From NCBI RefSeq assembly GCF_001194135.2, contig NC_068982.1:86117692-86181691 (forward strand): a stretch of 64,000 nt of DNA, in the 5' to 3' direction. Below the pieces are notes generated by a model. That model did no database searches and was not told where the DNA came from. It saw nothing but the letters and a program-made list of their open reading frames with translations. Below, piece after piece: positions 1-10,384 of this stretch (positions are counted from its first letter, which is position 1; every line of letters starts with the position of its first letter). Source of the DNA: Octopus bimaculoides (taxonomy: Eukaryota). The position numbers and the translations under genes are program-made.

Positions 1-392
1 CTAATTGATATATCAATACCAGCAGATGACGTTTCCCTAAAAGAAATGGAAAAACTTTCAAAATACAAAGACCTGGAAATAGAGGTAACTCGAATGTGGA
101 ATCTAAAAACAGAAACAATTCCTATCATAGTAGGTGCCTTAGGTATAATAAAAAAAATACTCAGACAAATACATAACAAAAACACCAGGACTTACAAATA
201 TATATAACATACAGAAAATTGCACTACTGGGCACTGCACACATCCTACGCAAAACACTTTCAATACAGTAACCATAAGAGCATCACAGCAAACCACAGCA
301 CATATCCAAGGCACACAGATCTGCGCTCGGTAGTGAAGTGAAAGCACGTTATAAAAATAAAACTACTGAATAATAATAATAATAAAATAATA
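1..392 (+). mobile_element. 3' end of R4/Dong-like non-LTR retrotransposon (restriction-like endonuclease C-terminus, 3' UTR, (TAA)n tail)
   Basis: Frame 1 reads LIDISIPADDVSLKEMEKLSKYKDLEIEVTRMWNLKTETIPIIVGALG, then after a frameshift ...KIALLGTAHILRKTLSIQ*. TAA repeats follow at about 369-392. Confidence 0.85.
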
Positions 393-737
393 ACCTGTTG
401 TCATAGGTGCCCTAGGAATGATAGCAAAAGTGGCTGATTTCTACCTAGCTTAGATACCAGGAAACCCCAAAATGGCAGGAATTCAAAAAAAGTGCTCATG
501 GAAACTGCCCATATCCTATGTAAAATACTGTCTATGTAATCTCAAATTTTAAAACAAACTTATAACTTTCTTATGTTTTCTTAAACATTCTCTAGAATAA
601 TACTATGTGCAAAACCAAATATATGACATCCTAGGCAACTTGAGCTTCTAACTTGTTGTCTCTTTAGGTCTCTGGGTGAGACTTGGAGTCAACTTGTACA
701 AATACAAAGCAAAAGTCAAACATATAATAATAATAAT
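393..737 (+). mobile_element. Second, divergent R4/Dong-like 3' end with (TAA)n tail
   Basis: Reads PVVIGALGMIAKVADFYLA*IPGNPKMAG, then ...ETAHILCKILSM*. Ends in ATAATAATAATAAT at about 724-737. Confidence 0.75.
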
Positions 738-1329
738 ATGGAAATCAGCTATCTGAAACAACCTGACTGCTACAGTGCTGAACCTATTGTTGAAAGCACA
801 TGTATTTCCTCTCTCTCTGTCTTTTTACCACCACTCTCTCTATGTCTGTCTATCTATCTCTCTGTCTCTCTCTCTCTCTCTCTATCACTTTCTTCACTAC
901 TTTTGAAGATTACTTGTTGACATAAAATTCTTCAGCTGAAATCACATTTTCACAGATCAATTCAAACAGTGAGCTAGTTTTTTTTTTATCAGATTCAGTT
1001 TAAGTTAAAAAGTTTCTCCTTCCTTCTTTGGTTAAATCTTAAATTTACAGGTAGGCAGTGAGGAGCACTGTAGAAGGAACTTTCTCTTGGTGGTGATGCA
1101 CCTGCCCTACCCACCTCTTTACCATCTTCCCTGATGTCCAATATCTATCTACCTCACTTCTATGTTTACAACCAGTCCTAAGCAGTCCTCCTACTCTCCC
1201 TGTCAATATGAATATATTATACTGAACTTGCTGTGAACTAGCTCCCCTCCTTAGTTGATCTTCCTTCACTTTTCCTTTTATCTATTGCTCTCTCTTTCTC
1301 TCTTCTACTTTCTGTTTTGCCAAGCAAAA

Positions 1330-3222
1330 TAGATGACAATAATGGTGTGAATGGGACTGGAACCAATGGTGAAGGTCCCGCACCCAGCAGGTGCTCCACT
1401 GTGCAGCAGGGTAGTCCTGGTTGTAATCCAGCAACTGCCACCCATGCTACAAGACATAAGTGAAATAAACAAGTAAACATGATGGTTATTGAGTGTTACT
1501 ACCGGAGCACTCAGTGGCATGCCTATCAGAGGGTACAGAAAATGAATGCAGAGTGAATGGAAGGCAATGAAACTGTTTGAAATTACTGAACAGAGATTAT
1601 GCGACCAAGCAAGAGCAATACGAAATAATGGATAGTTAACAGCATTAGAGCTAGAAGCTATCAAAAGAAAGATATTGGGTGGTACTGGGCATGTGAGAAA
1701 CGAAAGTGGTATAGTGGAAGAGATGGAAACGATTGTTTGCAATGAATTGTGACAGAATTGAGATCAGTGACTACTCAAACAATGAAGATCGATTAATAAT
1801 AGACAAAATCTTGGATATATTAAATTCAGAAGGAACAGAATTTATATGCGACTTTAAGAAGGCTAACAAATGGAGACTAAATCAAGAGACAAGTAAAGTC
1901 AATAATGTATTGAGACACATTGAAATAAAGAACATCACACAAACAAATAATCATATCAAGGCTGCTAGTAGGATTGTAGTGGAAAGGATGGGATTGAGAA
2001 CTATTGAGAACAGAACAGCAACAGATAGAAGAGGAAATAAACAAACATGGTGGAAAAGGAGAATTTCTGAAGATATAAACTCCTTGGACAGTGTAGTGTC
2101 AATACTTGTCAGGAAAAGAAATGGAGAACTTAAGAATGAATGGAAATTCAAAAAAGTTAGGAAGAAGTATGGTGTAGATACAAAAGGCCTGAATGTTGTA
2201 ATTGAAGAACTGAAGCAGCACGTACTTTCAAAAGAAGCAAAGCTAACTAGGTTCAAACAACAGATTAAGCAATACCAGCAAAAAAAATTGTTTAGAACTG
2301 ACCAAAAAAGATTTATCAAGAGATTAATGATGATAAAAAGCGTGGAAAATTAGTCCCTGATACTGATGAAAGTTGACTTTTCTGAGATAAGATATGGAGT
2401 AAGCAAGAACAACATAATACTACAGCTGAATGACTCTGCAGCCTGAAGCAAACAGCTTCTTATCCCCAGTAAGAGGCTATCCAATTCATAGAAGATAGTA
2501 TCAGAAATAAGAGTTAAAAGATAAGCAATTGGAAAGCAGCAGGACCTGATGGTGTACAGGGATTTTGGATAAAAAAAAAAGTTCAGTAGTTGCCATAAAT
2601 TGATTGCACAACAATTTAATTCATTGATCAATGGAGAAGAAATCCTGGGCTGGTTGACAAAAGGATGAAGGATGCATCAAAGGGAAATGCTGCTGATAAT
2701 CACAGACCAATTTCCTGCCCCCCCCCCTTAACGTGTAAGTTACTGTCAGGAAGAATTGCAGAAGAACTGTATAAATCTTTTGATGTGAATGATATATTAC
2801 CGACGGAACAAAAAGGCTGTAGAAAGAAATGCAGAGGTACCAAAGATCAACTATTGATAGACAAAATAGTAATGCAAGATTGTAAACAAAGGAGAACAAA
2901 TATGGGAATGGCCTGGATGGACTATCATGAAGCTTATGATATGATTCCACATTTGTGGATCATCAAGTGCTTAGATCTGTTTGGAATTGCGAGGAATGTA
3001 ATGTGTTTCCTGAAGAGAAGTATGGTGGGATGGAAAACTGAACTGACATCTTATGGGAAAAGCTTGGGCACCCTGGGTATCAGAAGAGAGATTTTCCAGG
3101 GTGATAGCCTATCTCTGTTGCTTTGTGTTCTCTGCATGATACCCATGACCTTGGTACTTAGGTGTACAAACTAAAAGAAAAATCCCAAACAATCAACCAC
3201 CTCCTCTTTATGGATGATTTGA
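1330..3222 (+). mobile_element. R4/Dong-like LINE, 5' part of ORF through the RT YxDD motif; decayed and 3'-truncated
   Basis: N-terminal motifs VIECYYRS, ITEQRLCDQARAIR and WWKRRI. RT motifs [57 protein letters not shown] and INHLLFMDDLK. Multiple stops and frameshifts. Confidence 0.9.
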
Positions 3223-4195
3223 AACAGAGTCTGGCTGATGAAGGTGTTACTGTATTGAAATATTGGCCAGCTCAGAGCCCTGACTTAAATATCATTGAGC
3301 AAATATGGACAGAACTAAAGAGAAGAGTTCGTCAGAAGAATCCATGTAATCTTGAAGAGTTGTGGCATCTCATATCTGTGAAGATAATGAAGGGCTTGTA
3401 TGCTTCTCTTCCCAGACACATGAAAGATTCAAGCTAAGGGAATCCACAGGAAATATTAACAATGTACAGTAACTTCTTCAAATGAACATTATGTAATAAA
3501 TTTTCATTATAGACGTAGGAGTGGCTATGTGGTAAGTAGCTTGCTTACGAACCACATGGTTCCGGGTTCAGTTCCACTGTGTTGCACCTTGGGCAAGTGT
3601 CTTCTACTATAGCCTCGGGCTGACCAAAGCCTTGTGAGTGGATTTGGTAGACAGAAACTGAGAGAAGCCCATTGTATATATGCATATATATGTATGTGTG
3701 TGTATATGTTTGTGTGTCTGTGTTTGTCCTCCCAACATTGCTTGTCAACCGATGCTGGTGTGTTTACATCCCCGTAACTTAGTGGTTCGGCAAAAGAGAT
3801 CGACAGAATAAGTACTAGGCTTACAAAGAATAAGTCCTGGGGTCGATTTGCTCGAATAAAGGTAGTGCTCCAGCATGGCCACAGTCACATGACTGAAACA
3901 AGTAAAAGAGTAAAAGAGTATAGGCATTTTTTGTTTTAAAACACTGTATCTTGATTGGCTTATGAGGTAGCTAAAAACTTTTGCACAGCCATTTTTGGTG
4001 GTCATCTCACATCTTCCCCTCTTATTCAGAACCTCTACTACAAAATATAAGGATTAGGTATGGAAATGACTCCTACAGGGCCAATGTTTCATTTGTAGAA
4101 AAACGCAATGCAAAACATATTCTTTCTTATAAGTTGGCAATTAGTAGAAATTTACAATAGTTTAAAGTGGCCAAAGACTTTTGCATGGTTCTGTA
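3223..4195 (+). mobile_element. Tc1-like DNA transposon, 3' fragment with right terminal repeat (interrupted by a SINE)
   Basis: WPAQSPDLNIIEQIWTELKRRV motif (Tc1-type catalytic E). Ends in AAAGACTTTTGCATGGTTCTG-TA at 4195, with a similar inner repeat at about 3972-3990. Confidence 0.8.
3513..3919 (+). mobile_element. tRNA-derived SINE, full length, with internal (TA)/(TG) microsatellite
   Basis: A-box-like TGGCTATGTGG and B-box-like GGTTCAGTTCC, then CACCTTGGGCAAGTGTC and a GAGTAAAA-repeat tail. Homologous copies occur throughout the window. Confidence 0.9.
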
Positions 4196-4903
4196 AACAC
4201 ACTTTCTCTCTTAAATAAGTTTTATGATATGTTTTATATGATGTTTTATCAGCAAAATAAGGACAAAGAAAGCATAAAAATTAGGATCCAATAGATAAAT
4301 GATGTAAACTTGAATCAGATCAAATAGGTATGAATTTGTGATAAGAATAGCTAACATATTTGATGTGGAAATAGACAGAGTGTTAGCAAATGAAAGCCAA
4401 GATAGATTTAGATATTCCTTGTACTTTCAAGTACAACCATTATTGATTCCTTGTGTGGTTCATAAAAATGTTTCCAAGTTTAGTAGCTAATAGTTATGAG
4501 CTCAAATACCAATAAATGTAATTTTGTCTTTCATTTCTCTAATAGGGATAAAATAAATATCAATTATATATTATAACTGAGTCAGTTAACTTTCTTCCTT
4601 TTACAAAAATTGGTCTCATGTCTTAGAAGAATTATCATCAAAATAATGAGAAAGATGAAGAAGCACAAAACATAACAGGTTCTCCATACAAATATAGACC
4701 AATAATCATTATGTTGATGATTGAAAAAGTATTATGGTAAAGTATTATGGAAAAGCATAAATATCACTAATTCACATTTTCTATTCAATGCAAATATGAT
4801 GCATTATATCAATGTGAGTAATGTAATGTCATTAGCATTCATTCTACCAAATATATTACTGTTTTATTGAAAAGCAGAAAATATCAATTTCTTTAATTAA
4901 CTC

Positions 4904-5059
4904 TTAAAGTCTTGTACTGCAAGTAACTCCAACTGTCATAAAGTCCTGAACCATACAAAGCCACAATTCAGAAAAAGTTGTTGCTTGGGGGTGAGAAATA
5001 GGAACTAAGCATTCTTCCATACAAGAAACAAAGTTTAACCTTATTTTAGAAAGAACTTC
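4904..5059 (-). CDS. Probable terminal coding exon of unidentified minus-strand gene
   Basis: Acceptor TATTTGTTTTTGACAG|G, then phase-0 frame EVLSKIRLNFVSCMEECLVPISHPQATTFSELWLCMVQDFMTVGVTCSTRL*. AATAAA lies about 35 nt after the stop (4863-4868). Phase matches the exon ending at 7298. Confidence 0.7.
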   Translation of the reverse strand, partial: EVLSKIRLNFVSCMEECLVPISHPQATTFSELWLCMVQDFMTVGVTCSTRL

Positions 5060-5399
5060 CTGTCAAAAACAAATAGATAAGTAAATTAATCAATTAAAAA
5101 TAATAATAAACTTTCTATTTGAACCATGTGCATTAGCAGTTGTTGCTTATTTAATGAATGCCTTTGGATTTTCTTTTCTTGCTTCAATTTTAGAGCATCA
5201 TTATATTATAAATGATTTAGAAATTATTAAGGCTTTGATTTTGACTTATTAAAACTTTGATTAGAAATAAAAAATTGGGCTTTCAGAGAATAATTAAAGA
5301 GATATTTCAGTGTCAAGTGTACAAACCAGTGATCTAAGTGATATCAGGAGTTGTCAGTTCTGAGTAGGAATGGAGTTATATATCTGATCATTGCATGGA

Positions 5400-5760
5400 T
5401 ATTTTTGTCATTGATGTGGGCCCTACAAAGGCTTTAAACTTAGAAGCAAACCCTGTTAAGAATTTTCTTCAAGTTTTTTCTGAAGAAATTTTTCACCAGA
5501 ATGAAAACAGCAAATGTTAATTAAAAAAAAGAGATAAAAGTATATCTTGGAATGTTTTTTTCTAACAGTAGTTGTGCAGCTTCCAAGTTACAAAGACTAC
5601 TGGAACAAAAATTCAGCTCTGAGATGTCCAGGAATTGATATCTTGTAAATATGCATGAAAATACACATGGAATCAGTTTACCTGTAGTCAATCTACCTGG
5701 GCAGATGAAAGTGACATGACAACAAACAAAAATCAAAAGCAGGTAAAAACCACATTCACA
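5400..5760 (+). mobile_element. piggyBac-like transposase remnant
   Basis: NPVKNFLQVFSEEIF, then EIKVYLGMFF (1-nt frameshift in a T run) LTVVVQLPSYKDYWNKNSALRCPGI. This resembles the piggyBac LPSxxDYWS region. Confidence 0.65.
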
Positions 5761-5876
5761 ACATACACATTACATCATATAAGCAAGTTTCATCCAGACT
5801 TAGGAAATAGTTATAATTTCATGACTCTTATACTGGACTAAACACACTTCATCAAAATCTCTAGTTTCTGATAGCA

Positions 5877-5929
<53 letters not shown>

Positions 5930-6714
5930 NNNNNNNNNNNNNNNNNNNNNNNNNNNNNNNNNNNNNNNNNNNNNNNNNNNNNNNNNNNNNNNNNNNNNNN
6001 NNNNNNNNNNNNNNNNNNNNNNNNNNNNNNNNNNNNNNNNNNNNNNNNNNNNNNNNNNNNNNNNNNNNNNNNNNNNNNNNNNNNNNNNNNNNNNNNNNNN
6101 NNNNNNNNNNNNNNNNNNNNNNNNNNNNNNNNNNNNNNNNNNNNNNNNNNNNNNNNNNNNNNNNNNNNNNNNNNNNNNNNNNNNNNNNNNNNNNNNNNNN
6201 NNNNNNNNNNNNNNNNNNNNNNNNNNNNNNNNNNNNNNNNNNNNNNNNNNNNNNNNNNNNNNNNNNNNNNNNNNNNNNNNNNNNNNNNNNNNNNNNNNNN
6301 NNNNNNNNNNNNNNNNNNNNNNNNNNNNNNNNNNNNNNNNNNNNNNNNNNNNNNNNNNNNNNNNNNNNNNNNNNNNNNNNNNNNNNNNNNNNNNNNNNNN
6401 NNNNNNNNNNNNNNNNNNNNNNNNNNNNNNNNNNNNNNNNNNNNNNNNNNNNNNNNNNNNNNNNNNNNNNNNNNNNNNNNNNNNNNNNNNNNNNNNNNNN
6501 NNNNNNNNNNNNNNNNNNNNNNNNNNNNNNNNNNNNNNNNNNNNNNNNNNNNNNNNNNNNNNNNNNNNNNNNNNNNNNNNNNNNNNNNNNNNNNNNNNNN
6601 NNNNNNNNNNNNNNNNNNNNNNNNNNNNNNNNNNNNNNNNNNNNNNNNNNNNNNNNNNNNNNNNNNNNNNNNNNNNNNNNNNNNNNNNNNNNNNNNNNNN
6701 NNNNNNNNNNNNNN

Positions 6715-6763
<49 letters not shown>

Positions 6764-6815
6764 TGTATGTATGTATGTATGTATGTATGTATGTATGTAT
6801 GCATGCATGTATGTA
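5877..6815. repeat. (CA)n, N gap, (TA)n and (TATG)n microsatellites
   Basis: Simple repeats flanking an assembly gap, seen directly. Confidence 0.95.
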
Positions 6816-7297
6816 TATATAAAACACATTTACACATGCAGTGTTTAATACAGGAGGCTTGTTTAGATTAAACAGGATTTCAAATGATGTGCATGCTTCT
6901 TAAGTATGGGTGATTACAATTCTTGCGACAGAGCCTATCTTTCAAATTTAGGTCAAGCTGAAAAATAACAATGTGATTTTTTTAAAGCAACAATGTGATT
7001 TCTTGATAACTATTGTCTGGGACAAATGTAGTGATAATAATTTTAATTTATGGAATGTAGGGAAGATAATCAACAATTTTTTTTATTGATCTCTCAATAT
7101 ATATTAAATAAACCATTTGATCTGGGAGCAATATTTATTGTTCCCATAAATGAATTGCTTTCAGATTTCAAACCTTAGGAGCAATTTTTTTTTAAATAGA
7201 CCATAAATAAAAAAAAAAAAAACAAGAATGAATATAAATATTCAATGCATATATTAAATTTAAAAGAAATAAAAAATAAAAGATTATAAAAGCTCAC

Positions 7298-7328
7298 CTC
7301 AGTTTCTTGTTCAGTCAGATCTTCAGAA
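7298..7328 (-). CDS. Small internal exon of the minus-strand gene (may extend into the gap)
   Basis: Strong donor GAG|GTGAGC and candidate acceptor AATTTCTAG|. Encodes SEDLTEQETE, phase 2 to 0. Confidence 0.6.
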
Positions 7329-7560
7329 CTAGAAATTAATAATTTGNNNNNNNNNNNNNNNNNNNNNNNNNNNNNNNNNNNNNNNNNNNNNNNNNNNNNN
7401 NNNNNNNNNNNNNNNNNNNNNNNNNNNNNNNNNNNNNNNNNNNNNNNNNNNNNNNNNNNNNNNNNNNNNNNNNNNNNNNNNNNNNNNNNNNNNNNNNNNN
7501 NNNNNNNNNNNNNNNNNNNNNNNNNNNNNNNNNNNNNNNNNNNNNNNNNNNNNNNNNNNN

Positions 7561-7611
<51 letters not shown>

Positions 7612-8774
7612 GATACACAGACATTACATATGTAAACATTTATGATGAACGGTTTTATTTTCAAAGTAATCTCTTTGTGTGTGTGTGTGTGCATGTTTTA
7701 AAACAGACATACATGCATACACACATTCACACGTGTGCATGCACACATACAACACTCACATTTAAGAATGGGGTGGAAATAAATGCATGTATTATATTAT
7801 CATATTACATTATATTTCAAGAATTCTAATGGCAAACAGGCAACGTAAAATAAGTGATATAACAAAGTAATGATATAATATAAATTTTAAGCACTGTCAT
7901 CATAACATTGGAAATAATGCACTTCTATTTTCACAGCTACCAGTCAACATGCTTCACAGGTTATTCACTATAAAATAGCACAGTATTTCTAGATTTTTTT
8001 TAAAGAAACTACCTACCCTTTTTGTGCCTTGATAGCTTCTATGACAACTTTATGAAAGCTATTCATTTTTATTGTCAATTTAAATATCTTTCAGTTGTAT
8101 CCATGATTAATTTGAAGCTGGTTAAAAATACCATATCTACCTCTATTTCTACTGAACAGACAGAGCAGATGAGAAATAAAAACAACAGAATGTAGTGCTT
8201 CTACAGTACTGGCTGCTGCTGTCTCTCACACATGAATGTTAAGAGACCCAATCAATGAGACAACTCTATTCCAGCAGACTGCTGCTTGCAGTAGCAGTCA
8301 GCAGTACAAGTTTATCAGAGGGCCAAATTGGTATATGGTGATAACAATGTTAATGTTGATGATTATGATGATGTTGATGATAATACTCTCAATAAAAATA
8401 GTTGTAATAGTGATGTTATTCACAGCACTAAACTTACAGAAAATAGGCTCTCCATTGCTTTCAACAATGACTATTCTACTTGGTTTACCAATGGAATTAT
8501 CTTATTAAATTATAGTATTCCAAAGATACTCTTAACATAATGACAGATGGAAACACCTTGGCATGTGATCCTTTTGAATTACAGATATGATCCATTTGAC
8601 AGGCTTCTCACAGTTTCCCTCTACACAATTTTAGTCATATATCTTGGGTTGCCCCACTTACCTAAAGTGATGTTTGGCGAAATTAAACCAAGGACCACAA
8701 CAAATACCAAATGAACTTCTTAATTATTCAGCAGTAGAGCCCACATAAACACACAGATATATATATATATATAG

Positions 8775-8931
8775 TTAAAAAAAACAATAACAAAAAACAA
8801 CAAAGTGAGGACGTGATACGGATAGTGTTATTGGACGCTCGGGAAAGGAAAGAGAGAGTGTATGACATTTCGGGCGTAGCCCTTCGTCGGAAAGATGGAA
8901 AGTTCGGAGAATGGAAAAACGGAGAAAGAGG

Positions 8932-8935
<4 letters not shown>
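8775..8935 (-). mobile_element. Penelope-like pLTR fragment between (TA)n tracts
   Basis: Minus strand resembles 46945-47110 (shared TTCCCGAGCGTC...ATCCGT) and carries a hammerhead-like core. Confidence 0.65.
8858..8896 (-). ncRNA. Decayed minimal hammerhead ribozyme motif
   Basis: CCGACGA-A-GGGC UAC GCCC-GAAA-U-GUC. Stem II is intact, the core has U4C, and stems I and III are weak. Confidence 0.45.
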
Positions 8936-8968
<33 letters not shown>

Positions 8969-9723
8969 AACATATATATATATACATATATACACACACA
9001 CAAACTCATATACACTTACTTTTTAAAGTATTATTTTTCAATAATGGCATATAATTTTGTTATACAGCATAGCATCATTCACCTACATTTTTCATCAACT
9101 TGTCTGACTACAGACCCAAGCACTCAACAAAAGCAAATCCTGTATTTAAAAAGTTTGTTTCACAGCTACATGGTTTTGGGTCTGATATAGAGCACAATAA
9201 TTATGTGACTTCTAAAATAGTTATGGATTGACCAATACTTTATGACTGAATCTGTGTGGAAGCCTGTCATATATACATAATACACATACATACATGCACA
9301 CATCTGCATGTGAGTATGTGTGTGTTCATGTTAATGTAAATACTGATGTGGTTTCAAACAGTGTAATAGGAGTTCTGTATAAAATTGTAACTTAGCAATT
9401 GTAACTTACCAAATATATATTGATATAGTAAGCATCATTTCGAAAAATGCTTGGAGTATATATAATCGGCTAATCCTTGAAGACAGTAATTGGACTCCAG
9501 CATGGCTGGAGTTCAATTACTGGAATCAGCAAAAGAACAAAACATCATAAATAAATCAGATGTACTATAAAATGTACATATGTATCTCTCTCTCTCTTTC
9601 TGCATATACATACATACATTACATACATACATAAATACACATATATTTATAGATCAGTAGTTCATATATCTGAAAAAAGAAGTGCACTCTAAGACATTAG
9701 AGTAATAGTATATTTAGAAGGTT

Positions 9724-9906
9724 GTTGGTTATGGCCAGTCAGAGAGTGACCGACCATTGGTTTTGCACCTATAAAGCACTGAGCTGTATAGGCAAATCCT
9801 CAGACTCAGATGGTTGGAGGCCATTTGAGTTTGACAGGTCACCTATACAGCTAAGTGCCTTATAGTCGTGAAACCAATGGCCACTCTCTGACTGGTCATA
9901 ACAAAC
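9724..9906. repeat. Imperfect inverted repeat (MITE-like hairpin), arms about 65-69 bp
   Basis: 9724-9792 is the approximate reverse complement of 9842-9906. Confidence 0.8.
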
Positions 9907-9927
9907 AAACTTTTATATGTATGTATG

Positions 9928-9975
<48 letters not shown>

Positions 9976-9979
<4 letters not shown>

Positions 9980-10078
9980 CAGACAGACAGTCATTTTTTG
10001 GCATACTCCATCTGCCAATATGAACATTACAACTATTACATAAGACCACGCCCTGCCAGAAACAGCTGTGTATGTACA

Positions 10079-10142
<64 letters not shown>

Positions 10143-10241
10143 CAGACAGACAGTCATTTTTTGGCATACTCCATCTGCCAATATGAACATTACAACTATT
10201 ACATAAGACCACGCCCTGCCAGAAACAGCTGTGTATGTACA

Positions 10242-10249
<8 letters not shown>
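9976..10249. repeat. Direct duplication of a 111-bp unit separated by (TA)n
   Basis: 9976-10086 and 10139-10249 appear identical. Confidence 0.9.
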
Positions 10250-10274
<25 letters not shown>

Positions 10275-10384
10275 CCAAAGTTTTTAATTTTTACATTTAA
10301 GAGAGAGATTTGACGCTAATATCCATATCAATGTATTTTATTCCTATGTCAACATTTCTGTATAAAGCTATATATATATATTTT

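Noticed and set aside
3513-3590. tRNA-like sequence
   Set aside because: It is a SINE head with A and B boxes but no complete cloverleaf, and it is followed by the SINE body.
5838-6837. Long ORFs of 300+ aa in the ORF track (also 22428-24011 and 60206-61352)
   Set aside because: They are made of N gaps and microsatellite translations ([12 protein letters not shown]).
8129-8150. Strong pyrimidine tract and CAG acceptor on the minus strand
   Set aside because: Only an 11-20 nt exon with weak donors is possible, which is unsupported without RNA data.
9014-9140. GTAAGT donor and CAG acceptor on the minus strand
   Set aside because: All three frames between them contain stops.
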